Origin: Nemertoderma westbladi | Lineage: Eukaryota > Animalia > Xenacoelomorpha | DNA length: 59,778 bases | Assembly (NCBI GenBank): GCA_032718475.1 | Contig: JAUCBJ010007531.1 | Span: 1-59,778 of the forward strand | Direction: 5' to 3' | Shown: positions 13,488 to 26,162 of the stretch, piece after piece | Numbering within the stretch: position 1 is the stretch's first letter | Layout of the letters: the number at the start of each line of letters is the position of its first letter | The notes under the pieces: model-generated | The model's database searches: none | What the model was told of the DNA's origin: nothing | Seen by the model: only the letters and a program-made list of their open reading frames with translations | Made by a program: the position numbers and the translations under genes

Positions 13488-14720
13488 GTGGGTTAATTGG
13501 GTTAATTTGTGGGTTAAATGGGTTCATTGGTGGGTTAAATGGGTTAATTTGTGGGTTAAATAGGTTAATTTGTGAGTTAAATGGGTTCGTTGGTGTGTTA
13601 AATGGGTTCATTGGTGGGTTAAATGGGTTAATTTGTGGGTTAAATAGGTTCATTTGTGAGTTAAATGGGTTCGTTGGTAGGTTAAATGGGTTCATTGGTG
13701 GGTTAAATGGATTAATTTGTGGGTTAAATAGGTTAATTTGTGAGTTAAATGGGTTCGTTGGTGGGTTAAATGGGTTCGTTGGTGGGTTAAATGGGTTAAT
13801 TGGTGGGTTAAATGGGTTAATTTGTGGGTTAAATAGGTTAATTTGTGAGTTAAATGGGTTCGTTGGTGGGTTAAATGGGTTCATTGGTAGGTTAAATGGG
13901 TTCATTGGTGTATTATAAAAATGGATTCATTGGTGGGTTAATTGGTTTAATTTGTGGGTTAAATGGGTTCAATGGTGAGTTAAATGGGTTCATTGGTGGG
14001 TTAAAGAGGTTCATTGGTGGGTTAAATGGATTAATTTGTGGGTTAAATAGGTTAATTTGTGAGTTAAATGGGTTCGTTGGTGGGTTAAATGGGTTCATTG
14101 GTGGGTTAAATGGGTTCATAGGTGGGTTAATTGGGTTAATTTGTGGGTTAAATAGGTTCATTTGTGAGTTAAATGGGTTCGTTGGTGGGTTAAATGGGTT
14201 AATTGGTGGGTTAAATGGGTTAATTTGTGGGTTAAATAGGTTAATTTGTGAGTTAAATGGGTTCGTTGGTGGGTTAAATGGGTTCATTGGTAGGTTAAAT
14301 GGGTTCATTGGTGTATTATAAAAATGGATTCATTGGTGGGTTAATTGGTTTAATTTGTGGGTTAAATGGGTTCATTGGTGAGTTAAATGGGTTCATTGGT
14401 GGGTTAAAGAGGTTCATTGGTGGGTTAAAGAGGTTCATTGGTGGGTTATAAAAATGGGTTCATTGGTTTATTATAAAAATGGGTTCATTGGTGGGTTAAT
14501 TGGGTTCATTGGTGGGTTAAATGGGTTCATTGGTGAGTTAAATGGGTTCATTGGTGGGTTAAAGAGGTTAATTGGTGGGTTAAATTGGTTCATAGGTGGG
14601 TTAAATGGGTTCATTGGTGGGTTAAATTGTTTCATGGTTGGATTCAATGGGTTAGTTGGTGGGTTAAATGGGTTCATTGGTGGTTTAAATGTGTTTATTG
14701 GTGTATTAATTGGGTTCAGT
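13488..14720. repeat. 21-bp G-rich minisatellite GGGTTCATTGGTGGGTTAAAT filling GDH intron 2
   Basis: Visible tandem array. A variant block recurs 403 bp apart (GTGTATTATAAAAATGGATT at 13908 and 14311). Confidence 0.95.
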
Positions 14721-14742
14721 ATGTCCCACTTATCTTCTATAG

Positions 14743-15089
14743 GTCCCGGTATGGATGTCCCCGCACCGGATATGGGTACCGGAGAACGCGAGATGTCCTG
14801 GATGGCAGACACCTACGCGATGACTCTGGGTCACTACGATATCAGCGCGTCGGGTTGCGTTACCGGTAAACCGATAGCGCAAGGCGGCATCCACGGCAGG
14901 ATTTCGGCGACCGGGCGGGGGGTCTTCCACGGTCTAGAGAACTTCGTCGATGATCCCTACTATATGAGCAAGGTCGGATCCACCACCGGGTTCAAAGATA
15001 AGACGGTTATCATCCAGGGATTTGGTAACGTTGGTCTGCATACCATGCGGTATCTGTACCGTCATGGGTGTCGTATTATCGGGATACAG
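14743..15089 (+). CDS. GLUD1: Glutamate dehydrogenase exon 3
   Basis: [35 protein letters not shown] and the NAD-binding QGFGNVG motif; phase matches exon 2; donor CAG|GTATGT. Confidence 0.97.
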
Positions 15090-15124
15090 GTATGTTAAGG
15101 TTACAGGTAAGATTACAGGTTATC

Positions 15125-18100
15125 TGTACCACAATGTACCACGGCGACTGTACCTCAATGTACCACGGCGACTGCACCACAATGTACCACGGTGACTGTA
15201 CCATAATGTATCACGGTGACTGTACCACAATAAACCACGGTGACTACCACAATGTACCACGCCAACTGATTATACCACATTGTACCACGGTGACTGTACC
15301 ACAATGTACCTCGGTAATTATACCACAATGTATCACGGTAACTGTACCACAATGTACCGCGGTGACTGTACCACAATGTACCTTGGTGATTATACCACAA
15401 TGTACCACGGTGATTATACCACAATGTACCACGGTGATTATACCACAATTTACCACGGCGACTGTACCTCAATGTACCACGGCGACTGCACCACAATGTA
15501 CCACGGTGATTATACCACAATGTACCACGGTGATTATACCACAATATACCACGGTGAGTGTACCACAATGTACCGCGGTGACTGTACCGCAATGTACCAC
15601 GGTGACTGTACCACAATGTACCACGGTGACTGTACCACAATCATCGGCGACTGTACCATAATGTACCACGGTGACTGTACCACGGTGATTATACCACAAT
15701 GTACCACGGTGATTATACCACAATGTACCACGGTGATTATACCACAATGTACCAAGGCGACTGTACCTCAATGTACCGCGGCGACTGCACCACAATGTAC
15801 CACGGTGACTATACCACAATGTGCCTCGGTGACTGTACCACAATGTACCACGGTGACTTGACTATACCATAATCTACCACGGTGACTGTACCACAATGTA
15901 CCACGGTGATTATACCACAATGTACCACGGTGACTGTACCACGGCGACTGTACCACAATGTACCACGGTGATTATACCACATTGTACCACGGTGACTGTA
16001 CCACAATGTACCACGGTGATTATACCACAATGTATCACGGTGACTGTACCACTATGTACCTCGGCGATTGTACCACAGCGTGACGGCGACTGTACCACAA
16101 TGTACCGCGGTGACTACCACAATGTACCACGGTGATTATACCACAATGTACCACGGTGACTGTACCACGGCGACTGTACCACAATGTACCATGGTGATTA
16201 TACCACATTGTACCACGGTGACTGTACCACAATGTACCTCGGCGATTGTACAACGGCGTGACGGTGACTGTACCACAATGTACCACGGTGACTGTACCAC
16301 GGTGATTATACCACATTGTACCACGGTGACTGTACCACAATGTACCACGGCGACTGTACCACATTGTACCACGGTGACTGTACCACAATGTACCACGGTG
16401 ACTGTACCACAATGTACCACGGTGACTGTACCACAATGTACCACGGTGACTGTACCACAATGTACCACAGTGACTGTACCACAATGTACCACGGCGACTG
16501 CACCACATTGTACCACGGTTACTGTACCACAATGTACCACGGTGACTGTACCACAATGTAACACAGTGACTGTACCACAATGTACCACGGCGACTGTACC
16601 ACAATGTACCACGGTGACTGTACCACAATGTACCACGGTGACTGTACCACAATGTACCACGGTGACTGTACCACAATGTACCACAGTGACTGTACCACAA
16701 TGTACAACGGCGACTGTACCACAATGTATCACGGTGACTGTACCACAATGTACCACGGTGACTGTACCACACTGTACCGCGGTGAATGTACCACAATGTA
16801 CCACGGTTACTGTACCACAATGTACCACGGTGACTGTACTACAATGTACCACGGTGACTGTACCACAATGTACCACAGTGACTGTACCACGGTGACTGTA
16901 CCACAATGTACCACAGTGACTGTGCCACAATGTACCACGGTGACTGTACCACAATGTACCACGGTGACTGTACCACAATGTACCACAGTGACTGTACCAC
17001 AATGTACCACGGTGACTGTACCACAATGTACCACGGTGACTGTACCACAATGTACCACGGTGACTGTACCACAATGTACCACGGTGACTGTACCACAATG
17101 TACCACAGTGACTGTACCACAATGTACCACGGTGACTGTACCACAATGTACCACGGTGACTACCACAATGTACCACGGTGACTGTACCACAATGTACCAC
17201 GGCGACTGTACCACAATGTACCACAGTGACTGTACCACAATGTACAACAGTGACTGTACCACAATGTACCATGGTGACTGTACCACAATGTACCACGGTG
17301 ACTGTACCACAATGTACCACAGTGACTGTACCACAATGTACAACTGCGACTGTACCACAATGTACCACGGTGACTGTACCACAATGTACCACGGTGACTG
17401 AACCACAATGTACCGCAGTGACTGTGCCACAATGTACCACGGTGACTGTACCACAATGTACCGCAGCGACTGTACCACAATGTACCACGGTGACTACCAC
17501 AATGTACCACGGTGACTGTGCCACAATGTACCACAGTGACTGTACCACAATATACCAAGGCGACGGTACCACAATGTACCACAGTGACTGTACCACAATG
17601 TACCACGCCGACTGTACCACAATGTACCACGGTGACTACCACAATGTACCACGGTGACTGTACCACAATGTACCACAGCGACTGTACCACAATGTACCAC
17701 GGTGACTACCACAATGTACCACGGTGACTACCACAATGTACCACGGTGACTGTACCACAATGTACAACAGCGACTGTACCACAATGTACCACGGTGACTA
17801 CCACAATGTACCACTGTGACTACCACAATGTACCACGGTGACTGTACCACAATGTACCACAGTGACTGTACCACAATGTACCACGGTGACTACCACAATG
17901 TACCACGGTGACTGTACCACAATGTACCACAGCGACTGTACCACAATGTACCACGGTGACTACCACAATGTACCACGGTGACTACCACAATGTACCACGG
18001 TGACTGTACCACAATGTACCACGGTGACTGTACCACAATGTACCACGGTGACTGTACCACAATGTACCACTGTGACTGTACCACAATGTACCACGGCGAC

Positions 18101-18221
18101 TGTACCACAATGTACCACAGTGACTGTACCACAATGTGCCTCGGTGACTGAAGTAAAATGTACCACGGTGACTACCACAATGTACCACGGTGACTGTACC
18201 GCAATGTACCGAGGTGACTGT
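15125..18221. repeat. 24-bp minisatellite TGTACCACAATGTACCACGGTGAC in GDH intron 3
   Basis: Tandem array of about 3.1 kb; the unit is built from two TGTACCAC subunits. Confidence 0.97.
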
Positions 18222-19182
18222 ATTTATTTAGCGGGCCCCCTACGCCTACATACAACTTTACCAAGGTGTTTATTTTCTATTGTGTATATAATTTTCATGA
18301 GAACACTGGCATAATTAATGAGAGACGAGTAGGTGAGCTGGATTAGAGGGCCTTCAGCTGTTCTTTGATGTGCTTTGATTTGATCATAAATTATGGTACG
18401 GTATAAAGGAATAATTATTTGTATCATTGGTGAAATTATTTAGAAATTAATATGCCAGAAATTATTAATAATGGCGGTTAATTAACTTCAATGCAATGGA
18501 GATCAAAGTTTATTAACTTAATTTTATTAGCCAACCCAATCTGCTACACCTTTCTAGATGATCGAGTTTACTTTGTAGACTTTTGGAATAAAATTCATGA
18601 ATATAATAATTACAAGTTACCGGGGTGAAATGTAGAACTTAAGTTTTGAGTTGTGAAGAACTTTTAGTATCATTTAATTTTAGCTTTTAACTTTTAGTAT
18701 CACTATAGTAAAAGTATAATATTTATTTTATATATTTATTTATTTTAATAACGGTTTTTAAAGACGGATTTTATTATATATTTTCGGATACGGATTTTTA
18801 TTTTATTACGGTAGAGTTTCCGTAGTTAGGTTCATTAGGTACCAGAGCCACTGAAGAAGGCCTGTTTAATTGTATTTATCCACATTTACAATTTTTGGTT
18901 GATATATCTGGCATTTCTATAATATAATTACAGCGGCACCTAAAGATCACTTTATCCTTCCTTTATTATAATAACGGTTTTTCTAATTAATCTCGCTTCG
19001 CTGAAACTGCTACCGTGCTATTATTGACGCCAGTTTATTGTTTTGGTTAGAATAGCATGCCACTGTAACCTACTCCTAATTGATGATTAATGATATTAAT
19101 TCGCATGAGATGGGTTGCCCCCCCCCCACCCCCACCTGCGTTATTCCAATTAATAATTATTTATTAATATAAACAATTTCAG

Positions 19183-19350
19183 GAAATCGACGGCGCTATT
19201 TGGAATCCGGCTGGAATGAACCCAAAGGAACTTGAGAACTGGCACATTAAGCACGGAACCATTACCGGGTTCCCGGCAGCTGAACCATACACCGGGGAGA
19301 ATGTCATTTACGAACCTTGCGATATACTGGTTCCCGCGGCCATGGAGAAG
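19183..19350 (+). CDS. GLUD1: Glutamate dehydrogenase exon 4
   Basis: EIDGAIWNPAGMNPKELE...EPCDILVPAAMEK; acceptor TTTCAG, donor AAG|GTGAGT. Confidence 0.96.
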
Positions 19351-21955
19351 GTGAGTTATAGACGAACCATGCGATATATTGGTTCCATTATAGACGGACC
19401 ATGCGATATACTGGTTCCGTTATAGACGAACCATGCGATATACTGGTTCCCGCGGCCATGGAGAAGGTGAGTTATAGACGAACCATGCGATATATTGGTT
19501 CCATTATAGACGAACCATGCGATATACTGGTTCCATTATAGACTAACCATGCGATATACTGGTTCCTTTATAGACGAACCATGCGATATACTGGTTCCTT
19601 TATAGACGAACCATGCGATATACTGGTTCCATTTTAGACGAACCATGCGATATACTGGTTCCTTTAGTCGAACCATGCGATATACTGGTTCCTTTATAGA
19701 CGAACCATGCGATATACTGGTTCCATTATAGACGAACCATGGGATATACTGGTTCCTTATAAACGAACCATGGGATATACTGGTTCCTTTATAGACGAAC
19801 CATGCGATATACTGGTTCCTTTATAGACGAACCATGCGATATACTGGTTCCTTTATAGACGAACCATGCGATATACTGGTTCCATTATAGACGAACCATG
19901 CGATATATTGGTTCCATTATAGACGAACCATGCGATATACTGGTTCCTTTATAGACGAACCATGCGATGTATTGGTTCCTTTAGTCGAACCATGCGATAT
20001 ACTGGTTCCTTTATAGACGAACCATGCGATATACTGGTTCCATTATAGACGAACCATGCGATATATTGGTTCCATTATAGACGAACCATGCGATATACTG
20101 GTTCCTTTAGACGAACCATGCGATATACTGGTTCCATTATAGACGAACCATGCGATATATTGGTTCCATTATATACGAACCATGCGATATACTGGTTCCA
20201 TTATAGACGAACCATGCGATAATATTGGTTCCATTATAGACGAACCATGCGATATACTGGTTCCATTATAGACTAACCATGCGATATATTGGTTCCATTA
20301 TAGACGAACCATGCGATATACTGGTTCCTTTAGACGAACCATGCGATATACTGGTTCCATTATAGACGAACCATGCGATATATTGGTTCCATTATAGACG
20401 AACCATGCGATATACTGGTTCCCGCGGCCATGGAAAAGGTGAGTTATAGACGAAACATGCGATATACTGGTTCCCGCGGCCATTGAGAAGGTGAGATAGA
20501 CGAACCATACGATATACTGGTTCCATTATAGACGAACCATGCGATATACTGGTTCCTTTAGACGAACCACGCGATATACTGGTTCCTTTATAGACGAACC
20601 ATGCGATATACTGGTTCCATTATAGACGAACCATGCGATATATTGGTTCCATTATAGACGAACCATGCGATATACTGGTTCCTTTAGACGAACCATACGA
20701 TATACTGGTTCCTTTAGACGAACCATGCGATATACTGGTTCCGTTATAGACGAACCATGCGATATATTGGTTGCATTATAGAGAACCATGCGATATACTG
20801 GTTCCATTATAGACGAACCATGCGATATACTGGTTACATTATAGATGAACCATGCGATATACTGGTTCCCGCGGCCATGGAGTAGGTGAGTTATAGACGA
20901 ACCATGCGATATATTGGTTCCATTATAGACGGACCATGCGATATACTGGTTCCGTTATAGACGAACCATGCCATATACTGGTTCACGCGGCCATGGAGAA
21001 GGTGAGTTATAGACGAACCATGCGATATATTGGTTCCATTATAGACGAACCATGCGATATACTGGTTCCATTATAGACGAACCATGCGATATACTGGTTC
21101 CTTTATAGACGAACCATGCGATATACTGGTTCCTTTATAGACGAACCATGCGATATACTGGTTCCATTATAGACGAACCATGCGATATACTGGTTCCTTT
21201 AGACGAACCATGCGATATACTGGTTCCTTTATAGACGAACCATGCGATATACTGGTTCCATTATAGACGAACCATGCGATATATTGGTTCCATTATAGAC
21301 GAACCATGCGATATACTGGTTCCTTTATAGACGAACCATGCGATATACTGGTTCCATTATAGACGAACCATGCGATATATTGGTTCCATTATAGACGAAC
21401 CATGCGATATACTGGTTCCCGCGGCCATGGAAAAGGTGAGTTATAGACGAAACATGCGATATACTGGTTCCCGCGGCCATTGAGAAGGTGATATAGACGA
21501 ACCATACGATATACTGGTTCCATTATAGACGAACCATGCGATATACTGGTTCCTTTAGACGAACCATGCGATATACTGGTTCCTTTATTGACGAAACATG
21601 CGATACTGGTTTCATTATAGACGAACCATGCGATATATTGGTTCCATTATAGACGAACCATGCGATATACTGGTTCCTTTAGACGAACCATGCGATATAC
21701 TGGTTCCTTTATAGACGAACCATGCGATATACTGGTTCCATTATAGACGAACCATGCGATATACTGGTTACATTATAGACGAACCATGCGATATATTGGT
21801 TCCATTATAGACGAACCATGCGATATACTGGTTCCTTTAGACGAACCATGCGATATACTGGTTCCTTTATAGACGAACCATGCGATATACTGGTTCCATT
21901 ATAGACGAACCATGCGATATACTGGTTACATTATAGACGAACCATGCGATATACT
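19351..21955. repeat. 32/52-bp satellite (TTATAGACGAACCATGCGATATACTGGTTCCN), left part, GDH intron 4
   Basis: Tandem array starting at the donor; the long variant includes CCGCGGCCATGGAGAAGGTGAG. Confidence 0.97.
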
Positions 21956-23177
21956 TGTTCGCGCTTTCGAAGACCTTTAGCAGTTTAACCTGCCAAAATT
22001 TATATGTCTTTTCGTTAATTAAAACCACTTTAGCATACGACAATAATTTATGCTAATACGCAAAACATTAGCCGAAGTCAGCCCATGCGCGATCATTCAC
22101 CCGATGGATCTACACCCGGGAGACTGAATTCGGATGCTTGAATTGTATTATTACAGTGTAAGGTTGCAGTGTATACCTAATGTATTATTCGATAGATCGT
22201 TAATAATTAATCTCTGACAGATATTATTGGCTTTCGGGAAATATTAACAGTTCCTTTAGGACGTGGCGCTTTATCTATTTAAACAGAACTAAGACTTATA
22301 CTAAACGCAACGATACTGCCTATGATTAAAGTATAAAACGTATTCTTTAGGAAATACTTTGTTACCAATCACAATCATACACACTATTCTGCCGACAGTC
22401 AGTACATTTGATCACACATAAAGAGAGCAGTAATTGACTCACGTAGGGTCTGCTAAATAACATTGGATTCAATACACACCACATTAATATAAATCGCAAT
22501 TGTTATGTATAGCCGGTCTCTCTAACCTGTAGTGTTATCAAGAAATTGGGAATTGGGTGATTTATCCGTATTATCCAAATAGCAATATTTCCATCAACAA
22601 ATATTTACAATTAATAACTGACGGTAAAATAACAGTACAAACAATATGATTAATGAGTTAGGTGATATTCGATTCGGTAACAGTTTATACTTTCGATAAT
22701 TCAAGCAGTTTACGGTACAGCAGTATCTATCCAAAAATGCCGGTGTTTCTGGCTTAGACAGCAATAACAACAAAGTATCAACTCTAAAACAGTAAGACTG
22801 AACACTCTCCTTATGATCGGCAGGAAAGCTACACGTCGACAGGAAAAACCGCCCTGATTGGCCCAAGCCAAACAAAGAACCACGCGGCCAATGGCTGTTT
22901 CCATGTCAGCAACCAGCTGCTAGATGTCGTAATATGAATCATCACGGCTAAGCTGTGAAAGGTGGTTGGTGCATTACAAGTTTTTTGTCTTACCATGTCC
23001 ACTAAAACACGTATATAGCAGAATTACTTTTATGTCCGTTAAAACCCCTGTAAAGGTACCTTGCGGGCGAGGGGAATATATATACAGCTAGAAAACCTTT
23101 TTTAGAGTATTCCAGCGCCTGGGGGGGAACTGGCCAGCAAAGGCAAACGTATCAGTTATCCCACAAAAGCTTTTACA
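21956..23177 (-). repeat. 3' LTR (1222 bp)
   Basis: Direct repeat of 33510-34730. The only difference I could see is in a G-run (GGGGGGG versus GGGGGT). Confidence 0.95.
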
Positions 23178-24146
23178 CCGCTCCCAGAAAATGGGATTTA
23201 AGTCTATAAAATATACAAAATCACAGTTTCTAAAATACAAAAATACTCTAAACAGTTAGTCTTTCTTGCGCGGACGGCGTTTACGCAGTTTTTTGAAGCT
23301 AGCAAGAGTCCTTTTCTCTTTGGGGCGAGCCACTTTACTAGGAGGGCTATAACTCCTGGGTGAAGGGTGCAATATGATTGCATCAGAAGGTATGGGATTG
23401 CGATCGGTATATCCGCCGGTCGAAGTACCGGGTTGATTAACATCAACGTCCGGGGAGAGGGGTCTAACGGCTTTGAGAGCTCGTTTCAAGACAGCCGCTC
23501 TTACGGGTCCTTTACGAGTGGTCTGAACGAGGGCCGTGGGTGGACCATAGGCAGTTAGAAACTTCCTTGGTTTAATGGTTCTTTCTAACTCGCGTTCGCG
23601 GGCTCGATACTCGTAAGGCCGTCGATATACTTCTTGTAACTCGATATGCGTGATTTCTGTTCGACAGAAGCGAATAGATAAGGATGGAACGCATAAATTC
23701 CTTCGTAAGCGCGTCCAGGATAATAGCGATGGCGCGAATCACGATGTAAATCAGCGTTCGCTTCCCAAGCTCTAATGTAACGTAGTGTGATCATTTCATC
23801 TACGCTTTCCAAATCGCGATTAAAAAGGGCAATCGAAACTGGCGTGTCCCTTTAGTTGACAGTGGTGACATTGAGTCATAAATTGAGGGCAAACCGCAAA
23901 AATATGCAAATTATTAAATCTGCAATACGCGCAATAAATTTCCATCGCCGGTTGTTCGTGGAAATAGGAACAGCGGACGTTTGTGTCCATGGGCGTAACA
24001 TGGTCTCTCGATGCGCATAACCGACAACGTTGCCGAGAAACATAGTTGGCATGGCGATAATCGTACGCAGTGAGACACTGTGGACCTTGATACCATTCTA
24101 GGATGTAATCGTTGTCGCTGTTCCGAGCGCGATAGGCTGAATCTCT

Positions 24147-24545
24147 TCAGATTCCAGACATATTGGTTCGTCTTCCCAGTCTGTTACGAATAGAATTTTC
24201 GTGATCTATTCTCGGTGTATCGTTACGACGCCGCTGGGTATGATATTTAAATAGAACCATTTCCCTTTCAGTGTCTACATCGTCCGTATCATGTAAATCG
24301 ATAGGATGGCCGGTAGTTAAGAAGTCCATATACGTACCATTACGATGCGTATAGCGAGCGGTGAATTTTCTATAGTCCGCTTCGCGCGTAAGTTGTTCCT
24401 GGGACATCGGCGGTTCGATATAACGACCATCGTCCTCCGTAATAGTCGGATCAGCTTCACCGCGTATCAAGCTATCCACAAACGCTTGTAAAGGTAGAGT
24501 ATATCGCTCTCTAATACCAAGGTCATCTTCTATCAATTCCGTCAT
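24147..24545 (-). CDS. Hypothetical accessory ORF or exon of the BEL element (132 aa)
   Basis: Open frame with coding-like composition, preceded by an in-frame acceptor-like AACTCAG|ATAGCAGATATG. No recognisable family. Confidence 0.4.
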   Translation of the reverse strand: MTELIEDDLGIRERYTLPLQAFVDSLIRGEADPTITEDDGRYIEPPMSQEQLTREADYRKFTARYTHRNGTYMDFLTTGHPIDLHDTDDVDTEREMVLFKYHTQRRRNDTPRIDHENSIRNRLGRRTNMSGI

Positions 24546-26162
24546 ATCTGCTATCTGAGTTTGTTAATATCAATATAAGTTAATATTTTAGGCAAGCGGG
24601 CGTCGCTTCCTACTAGGCTTTTTGCCCCCGGACAGTGGGTTTCTCAGCGCCGATGTACCGCTGTCGCAGTGTTTACGCCAACATGTAGCACAGCACGACA
24701 ACGATAACCGGCACAAGTCCCACCACTGTCCGTCCCAAAGGCTTGAATCCACTTGAGGTTATCTCGGTAGAGTTAAGGCTATTTTACAATTGCGATTAGC
24801 TACTGTAAACACACTTTAGTAGTAACATTCACCTATAAACGCACAAATTCCATACAATCATTACTTACTGCACACATGCATACCATTTGTCCGTTAGTCA
24901 GTGTCTTCCAGAATGTCACGTATTTACTATGTATCCTTGGATACTAATAGTGCGCTATGTATACTCTTATGCTACGCAATGGGGCAAGCTTTTATTGTTC
25001 TTTTAACTTGCTTCTAATTCTAGCGTGGGTGTTGCCAGGGTGACATTATGGAAAACTAGCGGTAGAATTAGGGCAATCCTCATGCATACAGATCTGGGAT
25101 GTTATTTAATAGTAATTCTTTAATTGTCAATATCCTCTTTATGCATGATTTTATAAATTTTATCGGCTATTGACTATATGTTGGAGATTCTCACACTCTA
25201 ATACACTCAATATGAATCTCCGCTCCCATGATCTATTAATTACTGGAATTTTGGGAATGTTATAAATTGCACAAAATGACAATTTATGAAATTCATTTAA
25301 ATATGAATTTAATTTATTCCCGTGAATTTTATTATTTGATGTTAAATTGACATAAATTTTATTCCAGAGCAAGTCTGGGGACATAAGATCCTTAATTCTA
25401 TGAAGTTTGTCTTTTAAGAGTATCGGTAAGTGCTACGATATCTTAATCGACTAGAATTGTTAACGGATCTGAATTTTTAAAGATTTTAATAAATATTAAA
25501 TTAATATTTAGGATGGGCACCGATTTATTCCAGAACTTGTCTGGGGACGTTAACCACTGATTCTAGAATTTGTCTTTCAAGTATATCGGTGGGTGCCACG
25601 ATATCTTAATCGACTAGAATTACAGATGGTCAAAGTTTAACAGATTTATTTGCGATTGACGCTACTGTTAGAGGGACATCACGCTACTATATGTATTATT
25701 TGTTATAAGGTAGAAGAGCAATATCGCACGAAGCAATGTCAGTGTGAAGAGGCAAGTCGTTTCCAAGGTCTACCCAGAGCTTGGTTTAGCCGAGACACGA
25801 GGATCTGAACTTTGCATTCCTAATACTCTGCCTACCAATAATACTTAAATATAGTAGTGGCTTTACTGTACTTTAAGAAGTACTGACATGTCATCTTACT
25901 ATAGTCTCGCATTTATAATATAATACGGACAGTAAGGAAAGAGAAAATAATTACTTCTTGCCGTCACACTAAATATATATTATAAGTAATTATGTACGTA
26001 ATAAACACTAATATATTGCACTAATCTACTAACATTCTAAAATAACATTTTACTAAATAGAATTAAATAAAAACGATTATAATAAAGTACATAATAAAGT
26101 TCGCATATAAAATGTAATAAAATAGATAAAATAATATAGTCATACACCCACTCCAAATGCGA

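Noticed and set aside
13488-14720. Interstitial telomere (GGGTTA motifs)
   Set aside because: Periodicity is 21 bp rather than 6, and the unit matches the exon 2 junction.
15068-18314. Many Cys/Thr-rich ORFs (TVPQCTT, MYHGDCTT)
   Set aside because: By-products of a 24-bp satellite inside GDH intron 3.
22594-22904. Short ORFs duplicated at 34148-34458
   Set aside because: They lie inside the LTRs; the duplication reflects LTR identity.
24670-24780. env gene in the BEL element
   Set aside because: Only a short hydrophobic segment; no long glycoprotein ORF or signal peptide.
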